Positions 17,563-26,918 of a stretch of 34,720 nt of DNA are shown here, one piece after another (the first letter of the stretch is position 1; each line of letters begins with the position of its first letter). Location: positions 1 to 34,720 of the forward strand of contig JAGLSH010000002.1 in assembly GCA_023135855.1 (NCBI GenBank), written 5' to 3'. Below the pieces are notes generated by a model. The model ran no database searches, had not been told where the DNA came from, and worked only from the letters and a program-made list of their open reading frames with translations. This DNA comes from Candidatus Omnitrophota bacterium (GTDB lineage Bacteria; Omnitrophota; Gorgyraeia; Duberdicusellales; 4484-171). Both the position numbers and the translations under genes were made by a program.

Positions 17563-18206
17563 TGAAAGAGCCATTTGAAATTGTGTTTGATGATGACTAT
17601 CTAATTGTAGTTAATAAGATAGCTAAAGTTTTAATTCAGGCTTCTAAAAAAGAGGCTAAGCATACTTTGACTTCATTGCTTCAACAAAGAGTAGGAAGCA
17701 AAGTTTTTCCCTGTCATCGTCTAGATCGCGAAACTACTGGTTTGGTAGTTTATGCTAGGAGTCCAGAGATTCAAAGAAAGATTACTGATCAATTTAGAAG
17801 CCGGGAGATTAAAAAGAAGTATATTGCTTTCGTTAAGGGGAATCTTAAAAAACGAAAAGGAGTTTGGGAAGGAAAAATTATTGACCGAGAAGGTAAAATC
17901 TTTGCTGAGAAGAGTAAGTATGCAAAGACTTTTTATAGGGTTCTAAAAGATTTTCCAAATTGGAGTATATTAGAATTATCCCCGGTAACCGGTAGGACTA
18001 ATCAATTAAGAATACAATTAGCAAAGATTGACCATCCTATATTAGGGGAAGACAAATATGCTTTTCGACGTGATTTTAAGGTCAAATTCAAGCGCTTAGG
18101 GCTTCATGCTTTTTATTTAAATTTTATTCATCCAATAAGCAAACAAAAAATCAATTTAGAATTAAATTTGCCTAAAGATATGCAGGAATTTTTAAATTCC
18201 TTTTAA
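17562..18206 (+). CDS. RluA-family pseudouridine synthase (no S4 domain)
   Basis: Catalytic HRLDRETTGL motif, TGRTNQLR and LGLHA. The start overlaps the VanZ stop (TAATG). Confidence 0.9.
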   Translation: MKEPFEIVFDDDYLIVVNKIAKVLIQASKKEAKHTLTSLLQQRVGSKVFPCHRLDRETTGLVVYARSPEIQRKITDQFRSREIKKKYIAFVKGNLKKRKGVWEGKIIDREGKIFAEKSKYAKTFYRVLKDFPNWSILELSPVTGRTNQLRIQLAKIDHPILGEDKYAFRRDFKVKFKRLGLHAFYLNFIHPISKQKINLELNLPKDMQEFLNSF

Positions 18207-18255
18207 AAATGTGTAATTTAAAATAATCTTTTTTATAATAAGCAAGGAGAGAAGA

Positions 18256-18636
18256 ATGGAGAAGAAAATATACTATCATGATACTGATGCTGGCGGTGTA
18301 GTCTATTACGCTAATTATCTTAAATACCTTGAAGAATCTAGAACAGAATTACTTAAAGAGGCCGGTGTAGATATTAGTAAATTAGCAGGTGAGGGAATTC
18401 TCTTTGCAGTTAGAAAAGTTGAGATTGAATATAAGGCTCCGGCTCGCTATGCTGATACTTTGATTATAACAGCTTTGATAAGTAGAATAAAAAATGCAAC
18501 CTTAGAATTTACTCAGACTATAAACAGAGGAGACCAAATTTTAGTTAAAGCTAATACTCAATTGGTTTGCATTAATAGTAATTTTGCGCCACAAGCTATT
18601 CCTGAGGAGGTAAGTCAATGCTTAAGAAAAGAATAG
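18256..18636 (+). CDS. YbgC/FadM-type acyl-CoA thioesterase (4HBT hot-dog fold)
   Basis: YYHDTDAGGVVYYANYLKYLEESR is the hallmark N-terminal catalytic-Asp segment. Length is 126 aa. Confidence 0.85.
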   Translation: MEKKIYYHDTDAGGVVYYANYLKYLEESRTELLKEAGVDISKLAGEGILFAVRKVEIEYKAPARYADTLIITALISRIKNATLEFTQTINRGDQILVKANTQLVCINSNFAPQAIPEEVSQCLRKE

Positions 18637-18989
18637 TTTATAATCTTTTTAATAAGAGTAAGAATTGTTTAATTGCTTCAAAGGTTTCGATAGCTAATAA
18701 TTTTTTTCTACGCCTTAAAGGGCTTATGTTCAGGGAGAGTATCGATAAAGAAGAAGCTCTTGTTTTTTATCATACTCCTTCCATTCATACTTTTTTTATG
18801 CGTTTTCCTATAGAAGTAGTATTTTTGAATCAAAAAATGCAAGTAAAAGAGATTTATCAGGAGTTAAAACCAAAAAGGGTAGTTTTTTCTACTTTTTCTT
18901 TTATAGCCATAGAACTGCCTGCTTTTAAGACTTCTAATAAAACCTTGGAAATTGGCGATATTTTAGAATTAACACCCTCAGAATTATAA
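18618..18989 (+). CDS. DUF192 domain protein
   Basis: LKGLMFR...EEALVF....SIHTFFMRFPIEVVFLN matches the DUF192 GLM.R/G.LF/hTf.M..plD pattern. GGAGG SD lies 7 nt upstream. Overlaps the thioesterase by 19 nt. Confidence 0.72.
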   Translation: MLKKRIVYNLFNKSKNCLIASKVSIANNFFLRLKGLMFRESIDKEEALVFYHTPSIHTFFMRFPIEVVFLNQKMQVKEIYQELKPKRVVFSTFSFIAIELPAFKTSNKTLEIGDILELTPSEL

Positions 18990-19024
18990 AATCTAGGTCA
19001 GCAAAGATCTAATTCTAAATTGTA

Positions 19025-19053
19025 TTGACTGAAAGCCCATTTTAGTTTAATAT
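19025..19053 (+). promoter_or_regulatory. sigma70-type promoter ahead of argC (TTGACT-17-TAATAT)
   Basis: -35 at 19025-19030 and -10 at 19048-19053. It lies in the only sizeable gap (114 nt) upstream of the arg/lys gene block. Confidence 0.5.
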
Positions 19054-19103
19054 AAGCTTACATTTTAATGGCTATTATAAGTATATAATATATAGGAGAA
19101 AGT

Positions 19104-20183
19104 GTGTCTAAAGGAATAAACCCCGTTAGAAATTTTGTTCAATCAGATAGTCAAGGTGATATTTTTAACAGGGTAAAAGTAGCAGTATTAGGGGCTACTG
19201 GATTTACTGGAGAAAAATTAGTTGAGATTTTACTTGGTCACCCTCAGGTAGAGATTACCTATTTAGCTTCACAAACACCTGAGCCGGTTGCCTATAAAAC
19301 ATTATTGCCTAATTTTACCGGTAAGACTGAAACTATTTGTGAGCCTCTTGATATAAGTGAGGCTATTACCAAGAGTGATTTTTTCTTTCTTTCTTTGCCC
19401 CATACAGTTTCTATGGAGTTTGCTCCTAGTTTACTTGCAGCTGGCAAAAAAGTAGTCGATCTTTCTGCAGATTATCGGCTTAAAGATACTAGTTTATACC
19501 AGGAGTATTATAATACTGCTCATAAAGATCAAGGCAATTTAGCAAAGGGAGTTTATGGGTTAGCTGAAATTTACCATAAGCAGATTGCTAAGAGTAATTT
19601 AGTGGCTAATCCCGGTTGTTATCCTACTTCAATTATTTTAGCTCTTTTTCCTTTAGTTAAAGAAGGATTAATAAATGGCAAGGTAGTAGTTGATTCTAAA
19701 TCAGCAATTAGCGGAGCTGGCCGCAAAACTGCTGCCAAATTGAGGAGTATGGATGTTGCGAATAATTTTTGGGCCTACAAGCCTTTTGTTCATCAACATA
19801 CACCAGAGATTTTAAGTATTTTAAAAGATGCTAGTGGAGAGAATATTGATCTTTCTTTTATTCCTCATGTTGCTGGGATGGCTGCTGGAATATATTCTAC
19901 AATTTGTCTTAATTCTAACAAAAAGGTTAGCAAGGATGAGATTAGTGATATTTATAAAAAATACTATCAAGATTCTCCGTTTATACGAATAAAAGAAGAT
20001 TTGCCGAAATTAGGAGATGTGGTAGGTACGAATTTTTGTGATATTGGTTTTGCTGTAAATGTTGATGGTAAAGAAATAGTTTTGGTCTCTTGCCTTGATA
20101 ATCTTATTAAGGGTGCAGCTGGTGCAGCGGTCCAAAACATGAATATAATGTTAGGTTGGGATGAGGCCATAGGATTAAAATGA
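19104..20183 (+). CDS. argC: N-acetyl-gamma-glutamyl-phosphate reductase
   Basis: VAVLGATGFTGEKL NAD-binding motif and catalytic-Cys motif NPGCYPTS. GTG start lies 5 nt after AGGAG. It carries about 24 extra N-terminal residues relative to the usual M..V.ILGATGYTG start. Confidence 0.92.
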   Translation: MSKGINPVRNFVQSDSQGDIFNRVKVAVLGATGFTGEKLVEILLGHPQVEITYLASQTPEPVAYKTLLPNFTGKTETICEPLDISEAITKSDFFFLSLPHTVSMEFAPSLLAAGKKVVDLSADYRLKDTSLYQEYYNTAHKDQGNLAKGVYGLAEIYHKQIAKSNLVANPGCYPTSIILALFPLVKEGLINGKVVVDSKSAISGAGRKTAAKLRSMDVANNFWAYKPFVHQHTPEILSILKDASGENIDLSFIPHVAGMAAGIYSTICLNSNKKVSKDEISDIYKKYYQDSPFIRIKEDLPKLGDVVGTNFCDIGFAVNVDGKEIVLVSCLDNLIKGAAGAAVQNMNIMLGWDEAIGLK

Positions 20184-21262
20184 GTATACCAAAAGGATTT
20201 TTGCTTTCAGGAATACATTGTGGAATAAAGAAGAAAAAATTAGACTTAGGTTTAATTTATGCCCAAGAACCTTGCAAAGTTATAGGTTTATTTACTACTA
20301 ATGTTAATCCGGCTTATTCAGTTACTTTTTGTAAAAAGAATATTAATAACTCAATAAAAGCAATTTTAGTAAATAGCGGTAATGCTAATTGTTACTCTCA
20401 TAAGAGCGGATTAGTGGATACTGAAGATATCGCTTTAAAATTAGCAAAAAAGTTGGGAGTAAAGATTTCAAATATACTTTTCACATCTACAGGTATTATT
20501 GGTAAAAAATTACCTAAAGATAAGATTATAAAAAGTTTGGGGAATTTAATAAAAAAGTTAGAGAATAATTCTGGTAATTTTTCTAAAAGTATTCTTACTA
20601 CTGATAGTTCGGCAAAAATAGCTGAAGCAGGAGTTGGTAAAGCTTCTATATTAGGTTTTGCTAAGGGGGCAGGGATGATTTGTCCTAATATGGCTACGAT
20701 GTTAGGTTTTATAATTACTGACGTTGACATGTCCCAGGGCTCATTTAAGAAAATAGTTAAAGAAGCAGTAGAGGCAAGTTTCAATTCTATTAGCGTAGAT
20801 GGTTGTATGAGTACTAACGATACGGTATTAGTTGCAACTAGCAAAAAAGTTGTTTTAAAAAGTAAGAGCCAGATAAAAGAGTTTAGTCAGAAATTAAAAA
20901 AAGTTTGTACTGAGCTTGCCAAGATGATTGTTAAAGATGGTGAAGGGGCAAGCAAGTTTGTTGAGATAGAGATAAAAGGTGCTAGGAGCAAACTTGAAGC
21001 TAAACAAGCCGGAATGTCTTTAGCTAATTCACCGCTTTTTAAATCTGCTCTTTATGGAGCTAATGCTAATTGGGGTAGGGTTATATCAAGTCTTGGCCAA
21101 GTTGGAATTAAGGTTGGTGAAGATATTTCTATCGAATCTACGTCTTTAGCTAAAAAGGAAGTGAAAATAACTATAGATTTAAAAAAAGGTAAATCAAAAA
21201 GTATAGTTTATACTTGTGATTTAACTCCCGAATATGTTCGGATTAATGCTAAATATAGCTAA
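20180..21262 (+). CDS. argJ: bifunctional glutamate N-acetyltransferase / amino-acid acetyltransferase
   Basis: Autoproteolysis site context PNMATMLGFIITD, plus GFLLSGIHCGIKKK and NANWGR. Confidence 0.92.
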   Translation: MSIPKGFLLSGIHCGIKKKKLDLGLIYAQEPCKVIGLFTTNVNPAYSVTFCKKNINNSIKAILVNSGNANCYSHKSGLVDTEDIALKLAKKLGVKISNILFTSTGIIGKKLPKDKIIKSLGNLIKKLENNSGNFSKSILTTDSSAKIAEAGVGKASILGFAKGAGMICPNMATMLGFIITDVDMSQGSFKKIVKEAVEASFNSISVDGCMSTNDTVLVATSKKVVLKSKSQIKEFSQKLKKVCTELAKMIVKDGEGASKFVEIEIKGARSKLEAKQAGMSLANSPLFKSALYGANANWGRVISSLGQVGIKVGEDISIESTSLAKKEVKITIDLKKGKSKSIVYTCDLTPEYVRINAKYS

Positions 21263-21336
21263 GTCCTGACTTTGTCAGGACAATTTGCACTTGTCACTTA
21301 TGTTCCTCCCGCCTTTAGCGGGCGTCCATAAGTGAC
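21263..21336 (+). other. GC-rich structured intergenic element (8-bp hairpin followed by a nested 10-bp + 5-bp hairpin)
   Basis: 21263-21270 pairs with 21274-21281. 21293-21302 pairs with 21327-21336. Inner stem 21308-21312 pairs with 21318-21322. No U-tract follows either hairpin. Confidence 0.7.
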
Positions 21337-21354
21337 GTGCTTATTGGAGGAAAA

Positions 21355-22206
21355 ATGGTACAAGAAGCGATAAGAAAAGCTGATGTTTTAATTGAGGCCC
21401 TGCCTTATATAAAGAACTTTCATAAAAAGATATTTGTTATTAAATATGGTGGTTCTATTTTAGGCGAGGAGAGGGTCCGTAAGTGCGTTCTTGAAGATAT
21501 TGCTTTTTTAAGATTTGCTGGGATAAGGCCGATTATTGTTCATGGTGGAGGGCCTAATATTACCGAAGTTCTAAGAGAACGTAGAATTGTAACTAAGTTT
21601 GTAGATGGCATGAGAGTTACTGATAAAGATACTTTAGAAGTTGTTGAGAGTGAACTTAATAAACTGAATGATTTAATTGTCGAAGAAATTAACAGCCACG
21701 GCGTTAAAGCTTCTAAATTTGAGGGGAAGAGTAAACTCTTAAAGGTAGTTAAAAAAGAAAGTGATATCGATTTAGGGCTAGTAGGTAAGGTAATTGGTTT
21801 TAACCAGAAAAATTTATTGGAAGCTTTAGAAGAGAGTATTCCGGTAGTTTGTCCGATGGGTTTTTCAAGTGAAGGATTAGCTTATAATATTAATGCTGAT
21901 GAAGTTGCATTTTTTCTGGCCTCTCAACTTAAGGCTGAGAAATTAGTCTTGCTTACTAATGTTTTAGGAGTAATGCGAGACTCTAAAGATAAAGAATCTT
22001 TAATTTCTACAATGACTGCTGAAGAAATTGAGGAATTAATTGATCATAAAAGCATTGATGAAGGAATGATTCCTAAAGTAAGGGCCGCTGCTTCAGCAAT
22101 TAGCGATGGAGCTGGTAAAGCTCATATAGTTGATGCTAAGATACCTCATGCTCTTTTATTAGAAATTTTTACTGATAAGGGTATTGGTACAGAAATTATA
22201 AAATAA
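21355..22206 (+). CDS. argB: acetylglutamate kinase
   Basis: VIKYGGS and VHGGGP motifs. I prefer the ATG at 21355, which lies 4 nt after GGAGGA. The GTG at 21337 used by the ORF track abuts the hairpin and has no RBS. Confidence 0.92.
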   Translation: MVQEAIRKADVLIEALPYIKNFHKKIFVIKYGGSILGEERVRKCVLEDIAFLRFAGIRPIIVHGGGPNITEVLRERRIVTKFVDGMRVTDKDTLEVVESELNKLNDLIVEEINSHGVKASKFEGKSKLLKVVKKESDIDLGLVGKVIGFNQKNLLEALEESIPVVCPMGFSSEGLAYNINADEVAFFLASQLKAEKLVLLTNVLGVMRDSKDKESLISTMTAEEIEELIDHKSIDEGMIPKVRAAASAISDGAGKAHIVDAKIPHALLLEIFTDKGIGTEIIK

Positions 22207-22220
22207 TTAAAGGTTAAAAA

Positions 22221-23399
22221 ATGAATACAAAAAAGTTATTTAAAGAATATAGTTTAAATACTTATACTCGTTGTGGCCCGGTATTTGTTAAAGGCAAAGG
22301 AAGTTGGCTTTGGGATCAGGCAGGAAATAAGTATTTGGATCTTTTTCCCGGTTGGGGGGTTTCAATACTGGGACATGCCCATTCAAAAGTAGTTGAAGCT
22401 ATGAGTAAGCAAGCTAAGAAGTTAATTCATCTTCCCAATAATCTTTATTTTGAGGAACAAGCTTTATTAGCTGAAGAAATTGTTAAGAAGAGTTTTCCAT
22501 CTAAGGTCTTCTTTGCTAATTCTGGAGCTGAAGCTGTAGAAGGAGCAATCAAATTTAGTCGACTTTTTGGTAAGGGCAAGAAGTATGAGATAATTTCGAT
22601 GAAGAACTCTTTTCATGGTCGGACATTTGGAGCACTTTCGGCAACTGCTCAAGAAGCTTATAAGAAGCCTTTTAAACCGGTTTTACCAGGATTTAAAGCT
22701 GCCAAGTTTAATGATTTTGAGAGCTTTAAAAAGCAAGTTACTCCAAAAACTGTAGCGGTAATTTTAGAATTAATTCAAGGAGAAGGCGGAGTAAATATTG
22801 CTAGTAAAGAATATATTCGTAAATTAAAAGATTTTTGTAAGAAAAAGAAGATTCTTGTTATTATTGATGAAGTTCAGACTGGAATGGGCCGGACTGCTAA
22901 GTTATTTTGTTGTCAGCATTACCATTTAATTCCTGATATATTAATTTTATCTAAAGGTTTAGGTGCTGGAGTGCCGATATCAGCTTTAGTGATTAATAAA
23001 AAAATAGCTGATTTAATAAAACCAGGCATGCATGCTTCAACTTTTGGTGGTTCTCCTTTAGTAAGTAAAGTATCTTACCAAGTATTTAAGATTATTGAAG
23101 AGGATAAGCTTATTGAAAATGCTCAAGAGAAAGGGAGCTATCTATTGAAACGTCTTTATGATCTTAGGAATAAATTTTCTTTTATTAAAGAAGTTCGCGG
23201 CATAGGGCTTATGGTTGGCTTAGAGCTTAAGATTGATTCTTATCCAATATTTCTAGAGTGCTTGAAGAAGAAGCTATTAATAAATTCTACTCATAAAAAA
23301 GTATTGCGGATTATGCCAGCTTTAAATGTTACTAGGCTTGAATTAGATAAAGGGTTGAAAATTTTAGAAGAAGTTTTAAGTAAATTCAAGGTTAAATAG
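22221..23399 (+). CDS. argD: acetylornithine aminotransferase (class III PLP)
   Basis: NSGAEAVEGAIK, DEVQTGMGRTAK, and PLP-Lys in ILSKGLGAG. Confidence 0.9.
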   Translation: MNTKKLFKEYSLNTYTRCGPVFVKGKGSWLWDQAGNKYLDLFPGWGVSILGHAHSKVVEAMSKQAKKLIHLPNNLYFEEQALLAEEIVKKSFPSKVFFANSGAEAVEGAIKFSRLFGKGKKYEIISMKNSFHGRTFGALSATAQEAYKKPFKPVLPGFKAAKFNDFESFKKQVTPKTVAVILELIQGEGGVNIASKEYIRKLKDFCKKKKILVIIDEVQTGMGRTAKLFCCQHYHLIPDILILSKGLGAGVPISALVINKKIADLIKPGMHASTFGGSPLVSKVSYQVFKIIEEDKLIENAQEKGSYLLKRLYDLRNKFSFIKEVRGIGLMVGLELKIDSYPIFLECLKKKLLINSTHKKVLRIMPALNVTRLELDKGLKILEEVLSKFKVK

Positions 23400-23410
23400 A
23401 GGATTTTACA

Positions 23411-24325
23411 ATGAGTCATTTTGTTTCTTTAAAATATTTTTCTTCTCAAGAAATAAATGAGATGCTAGATTTAGCTGCTCAGATGAAGAAGGACCCTAAA
23501 ATATCTAAGAGTGCTCTTGAGGGAAAATCTGTAGGTTTGCTTTTTGAAAAAGCATCTTTGAGGACCAAGACTGCCTTTTATCTCGGAGCTCAGCAATTAG
23601 GTGCAAAAGTAATTTATTATTCACCACAAGAGGTGAAGCTTGGTCAGCGTGAAGAAATTGCTGATGTTGCCCGGACGCTTTCAATGTATTTAGATGTGGT
23701 AGTAGTAAGAACCTTTTCTCATGGTAATATTATGAAATTTTCTGAGATTTCTTCGATCCCAGTAGTAAACGCTTTGAGTGATCTTACTCATCCTTCACAG
23801 GCTTTAGCTGATATACTGACGATTCGGGAAATAAAGGGAAATCTAAAGAAGCTAAAAGTAGCTTACATTGGTGATGGCAATAATGTTTGCAATTCTTTAA
23901 TTTATGCTTTTTCTATTTTAGGCGGAAATTTGCATTTGGCTATTCCTAAGGGTTATCGACCCTATAGAAGCATTTTAGATGAAGTTAAGAGTTATCATAG
24001 GATTTCCGGAGCTAAAATTAAAATCACTGATTTGGTTTTAAAGGCAGTAGAAGATGCAGATGTTTTATATACCGATGTTTGGACTTCTATGGGTGAGGAG
24101 AAAGAAAAGGGGAAACGAAAAAAAGCTTTTAAAAATTTTCGAATTGATGATAAAATCTTAAGCAAGGCAAAGGAAGATGCTATTGTAATGCATTGTCTTC
24201 CAGCTCATAGGGGAGAGGAGATTACCTCTTCAGTTATAGATGGTAAGAGTTCAGTTGTTTTTCAACAAGCTGAGAATCGGTTATATACAGCAAAAGCGAT
24301 TCTGGCATATATTTTAAAAAAGTAG
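23411..24325 (+). CDS. argF: ornithine carbamoyltransferase
   Basis: SLRTK (SxRT carbamoyl-phosphate motif), HPSQ, DVWTSMG and HCLPAHRGEE. Confidence 0.92.
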   Translation: MSHFVSLKYFSSQEINEMLDLAAQMKKDPKISKSALEGKSVGLLFEKASLRTKTAFYLGAQQLGAKVIYYSPQEVKLGQREEIADVARTLSMYLDVVVVRTFSHGNIMKFSEISSIPVVNALSDLTHPSQALADILTIREIKGNLKKLKVAYIGDGNNVCNSLIYAFSILGGNLHLAIPKGYRPYRSILDEVKSYHRISGAKIKITDLVLKAVEDADVLYTDVWTSMGEEKEKGKRKKAFKNFRIDDKILSKAKEDAIVMHCLPAHRGEEITSSVIDGKSSVVFQQAENRLYTAKAILAYILKK

Positions 24326-24329
24326 AAAA

Positions 24330-25502
24330 ATGAAAAAAAAATTAGTTTTAGCTTATTCTGGTGGATTGGATACTTCCTGCTGTCTAAAATGGCTTAAAGA
24401 CAGGGGTTTTGAAGTTGTTTGTTTTTCAGCTGATTTAGGAAGTGAATTTTCTCCGGCAGAATTAATGAAAAAAGTGGCAAAGTTTAAGGGTGTAAAGCTT
24501 TACATCAAAGACTTAAAGAAAGAGTTTGCCAATGAGTATATTCTTCCTGCTTTAAAAGCTGGGGCTCTTTATCAGGGTAAGTATCTTCTTAATACTGCTC
24601 TAGGCCGGCCGTTGATTGCTAAGCATTTAGTTGAAGTAGCTAATAAAGAAGGTGCGTCATTTGTTAGCCATGGTTGTACTGCTAAGGGTAATGATCAGGT
24701 AAGGATTGAAGTAGGTGTGAAGTCCTTAAATTCTAAATTAAAAATTGTTGCTCCTTTGCGCGAATGGGAGTTAACTTCTCGGGAAACTGAAATTGCTTAC
24801 GCTAAGAAACATAAAATTCCAATAACAGTTACCAAGAAGAAGATTTATAGCATTGATCAGAATATTTGGGGAGTAAGTATTGAGGCTGGAATTTTAGAAG
24901 ATTTAAATAATGAACCCACAGAGGATGCTTTTGTTCTTACTCAGAGTTTAAGCAAAGCGCCTTCAAAGCCTCAATATATAACTATTGAATTTAAAAAAGG
25001 AAAGCCAATCAAATTAAATAATAAGGCCTTAGATCTAGTTGCTTTGATTGGGAAATTAAATAAAATTGGTGGTAAGCATTGTATTGGCCGGACTGATTTA
25101 ATAGAAGATAGGGTAGTTGGTATAAAGTCCCGAGAAATTTATGAAGCTCCAGCAGCTTGGATTTTACATACTGCTCATAAGGAATTAGAAAGTTTAGTTT
25201 TAGATAAGGAGACTTTATATTTTAAAGAGTTAGTAGCTTTAAAATATTCTCAGTTGGTTTACCAAGGACTTTGGTTTAGCGCTTTAAAAGAATCTTTAGA
25301 TAATTTCGTAGAAGGAACTCAAAAAAAGGTGAGTGGTAAAATTACTCTTAAACTATGCAAAGGTAATATTATTATTGCTAAGAGGAATTCATCTTTTTCT
25401 TTGTACAAGAAAGAATTAGCTACTTATGGAGAGGGTGATAAGTTCGATCGGAACTGTGCCCAAGGGTTTATAAATATTTGGAGTCAACCTTTTATCGGGT
25501 AA
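24330..25502 (+). CDS. argG: argininosuccinate synthase
   Basis: AYSGGLDTS ATP-pyrophosphatase motif, HGCTAKGNDQVR, and DRVVGIKSREIYE. Confidence 0.95.
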   Translation: MKKKLVLAYSGGLDTSCCLKWLKDRGFEVVCFSADLGSEFSPAELMKKVAKFKGVKLYIKDLKKEFANEYILPALKAGALYQGKYLLNTALGRPLIAKHLVEVANKEGASFVSHGCTAKGNDQVRIEVGVKSLNSKLKIVAPLREWELTSRETEIAYAKKHKIPITVTKKKIYSIDQNIWGVSIEAGILEDLNNEPTEDAFVLTQSLSKAPSKPQYITIEFKKGKPIKLNNKALDLVALIGKLNKIGGKHCIGRTDLIEDRVVGIKSREIYEAPAAWILHTAHKELESLVLDKETLYFKELVALKYSQLVYQGLWFSALKESLDNFVEGTQKKVSGKITLKLCKGNIIIAKRNSSFSLYKKELATYGEGDKFDRNCAQGFINIWSQPFIG

Positions 25503-25517
25503 TAACAGAGGTGTAAT

Positions 25518-26912
25518 ATGGTTAAGAAGCTTTGGGGTGGAAGATTTAAAAAAGAAATCGATAAAGACTTTTTTCAATTTCAGAAGTCTATTCAATATGA
25601 TTATAGATTAGCTGAATATGATATTTATCATTCCATTATACACGTTAGTGCCCTTAAAGAATCTGGCTTGCTAACCGTTATTGAGGCTAAAGAATTAACT
25701 ATAGCTTTAAATGAAATTTTCACAGAGGTGCGGGAAGAGAAATTTAAACCTAATATGAATGCCGAAGATATCCATAGTGATATACAAGATAGAGTAGAGA
25801 AAAAGGTTGGTAAATTGTCCGAGAAACTTCATACCTTAAGATCAAGGAATGATCAGGTAGTTTTTGATGAGAAGTGGTATTGTTATAAAGAGGGCATATA
25901 TGTTATTAGCCTTCTTAATGTAATTTTATCTTCTTTAAATCATTTTGGTAATCGTTATCGTGATTGTTATATTCCTGGATATACTCATACTCAGAGAGCT
26001 CAGGTAGTATCTTTCTTGAGCTATACTGGGGCTTACTTTTGCATGTTTGAGAGAGACTTCGAACGCCTAGATGTTTTTTTGAAGAAATCATCGATATATA
26101 TTGGTTCTGGAGCTTTAGCCGGAAGTGCTATTCCTCGAGCTGCCTATAGTGAAGCTTTAAGAAAGTTTTTAGAGAAAACTAAGGCCATGTCTTTAAGCTC
26201 AAAATCTTTAGCAGTAAGAAATCCTTTGGATAATGTTGCTAGCCGAGATTTTGTTATTGAATTTTTAAATATTTTATCTATTATACAGATGCATCTTTCC
26301 CGTATGGCTGAAGATTTTATTCTTTTCTCTACTAAAGAGTTTGGATTTTTTGATTTGCCGGAAGAATTTTGTACTGGTTCATCTTTGATGCCTCATAAGA
26401 AAAATCCTGATTTCCTAGAATTAGTTCGTGGAAATACCGGTAAAATTTATGGAAATTTAATGTCGATTCTTGTTACGATGAAAGGATTGCCTTTAACTTA
26501 TAATCGGGATATGCAATTAGATAAAGAACCGCTTTTCTCTTCAGTTGAGACAATTAAAGATGAATTAAAGATTACTGTTGACCTTATCGGCAAGATAGAG
26601 CTTAATCGGAAACGCTTGGAAGATGCTTTAAAAGATGAAGAGCTTTATGCTACTGAATTGGTGGAATTTTTAGTCTATCAAGGCGTTGCTTTTAGTCGAG
26701 CTCATGAAGTTGTTGGTAAGCTTATTCGTTATTCTGAGGATGAAGGAATTAAAATAAAAGATATGTCTGATAAGACTTTGAGTAAATTCAATTGTAAGCT
26801 AACCCATAAGGACATAAGAAAAATAATGAATCCTAAGTATGCTGTGTCGTCAAAGAAGTCTTTTTCAGCACCTAAGAAAACTACTTCTGTAAAATCCCCT
26901 AGGTTTAAGTAA
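25518..26912 (+). CDS. argH: argininosuccinate lyase
   Basis: LWGGRF start, RSRNDQV, GYTHTQRAQ, and the fumarate-lyase signature GSSLMPHKKNPD. It has a basic roughly 20-aa C-terminal tail. Confidence 0.93.
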   Translation: MVKKLWGGRFKKEIDKDFFQFQKSIQYDYRLAEYDIYHSIIHVSALKESGLLTVIEAKELTIALNEIFTEVREEKFKPNMNAEDIHSDIQDRVEKKVGKLSEKLHTLRSRNDQVVFDEKWYCYKEGIYVISLLNVILSSLNHFGNRYRDCYIPGYTHTQRAQVVSFLSYTGAYFCMFERDFERLDVFLKKSSIYIGSGALAGSAIPRAAYSEALRKFLEKTKAMSLSSKSLAVRNPLDNVASRDFVIEFLNILSIIQMHLSRMAEDFILFSTKEFGFFDLPEEFCTGSSLMPHKKNPDFLELVRGNTGKIYGNLMSILVTMKGLPLTYNRDMQLDKEPLFSSVETIKDELKITVDLIGKIELNRKRLEDALKDEELYATELVEFLVYQGVAFSRAHEVVGKLIRYSEDEGIKIKDMSDKTLSKFNCKLTHKDIRKIMNPKYAVSSKKSFSAPKKTTSVKSPRFK

Positions 26913-26918
26913 ATTAAA

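Noticed and set aside
18184-18210. I considered whether the GGAATTT-TT-AAATTCC palindrome followed by TTTTAAAAA at the end of the pseudouridine synthase gene is an intrinsic terminator.
   Set aside because: The stem is AT-rich with a 2-nt loop and lies inside the coding sequence. Stability is too low to call.
18990-19103. I looked for an ArgR operator (ARG box) or amino-acid leader/attenuator upstream of argC.
   Set aside because: I found no convincing TGAAT-N4-ATTCA-like dyad and no leader peptide ORF. There is only AT-rich sequence with a plausible promoter. An ArgR site of divergent consensus cannot be excluded by eye.
19104-19175. I considered whether the roughly 24-residue N-terminal extension of ArgC is a mis-called start or a separate leader peptide.
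   Set aside because: No in-frame ATG, GTG or TTG exists between 19107 and the VAVLGATG motif. The GTG at 19104 also has a good AGGAG RBS. The extension is therefore probably real and unremarkable.
21337-21354. I considered the GTG start for argB given by the ORF track.
   Set aside because: This start has no RBS and begins directly at the foot of the hairpin. The ATG at 21355 follows a GGAGGA SD and gives a normal ArgB N-terminus.
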